15,303 nucleotides of DNA from Bdellovibrionales bacterium (GTDB taxonomy: Bacteria > Bdellovibrionota > Bdellovibrionia > Bdellovibrionales > UBA1609), in the NCBI GenBank assembly GCA_050246815.1, contig JBFWVI010000041.1:10877-26179 (forward strand), in the 5' to 3' direction. Positions 15,303 through 15,303 of the stretch are shown in pieces. The notes under the pieces are model-generated. The model had not been told where the DNA came from, made no database searches, and saw only the letters and a list, made by a program, of their open reading frames with translations. Every line of letters starts with the position of its first letter. The first letter of the stretch is position 1. A program made the position numbers and the translations under genes.

Positions 15303-15303
15303 G

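Noticed and set aside
1..15303. CRISPR array or tandem repeat array
   Set aside because: No regularly spaced direct repeats and no cas-like ORFs seen.

Overview
Bacterial chromosomal window with about 15 CDSs. The gene content suggests Bdellovibrionota or a related lineage (inference from the histone, the short S1 paralogue and the secreted orphans). In order: the 3' end of a Rep/UvrD-family helicase; a ~520-bp non-coding gap packed with hairpins; a stand-alone RAYT-like HUH (Y1) tyrosine transposase whose tail overlaps selO; the SelO AMPylase; a hypothetical protein; an EcsC-family protein; a secreted orphan; a 4-domain S1 protein; a DUF2238 membrane protein; a coupled pair of large secreted proteins; a small Cys-containing secreted protein; a beta-barrel/OmpA protein; a 65-aa bacterial histone; a secreted beta-helix protein; and the 3' end of a probable beta-propeller protein that the ORF track misses. 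Best leads: (1) the HUH nuclease with a ~410-nt structured non-coding element upstream and no TnpB or visible right end; (2) the histone; (3) the secreted pair, one with a C39-like Cys-His-Asp triad and one with an HPD-less J-domain and a possibly degenerate ART-like segment, both sharing an N-terminal PK..CD[DE]xL motif. All family calls come from motifs recognised by eye; no searches were run.
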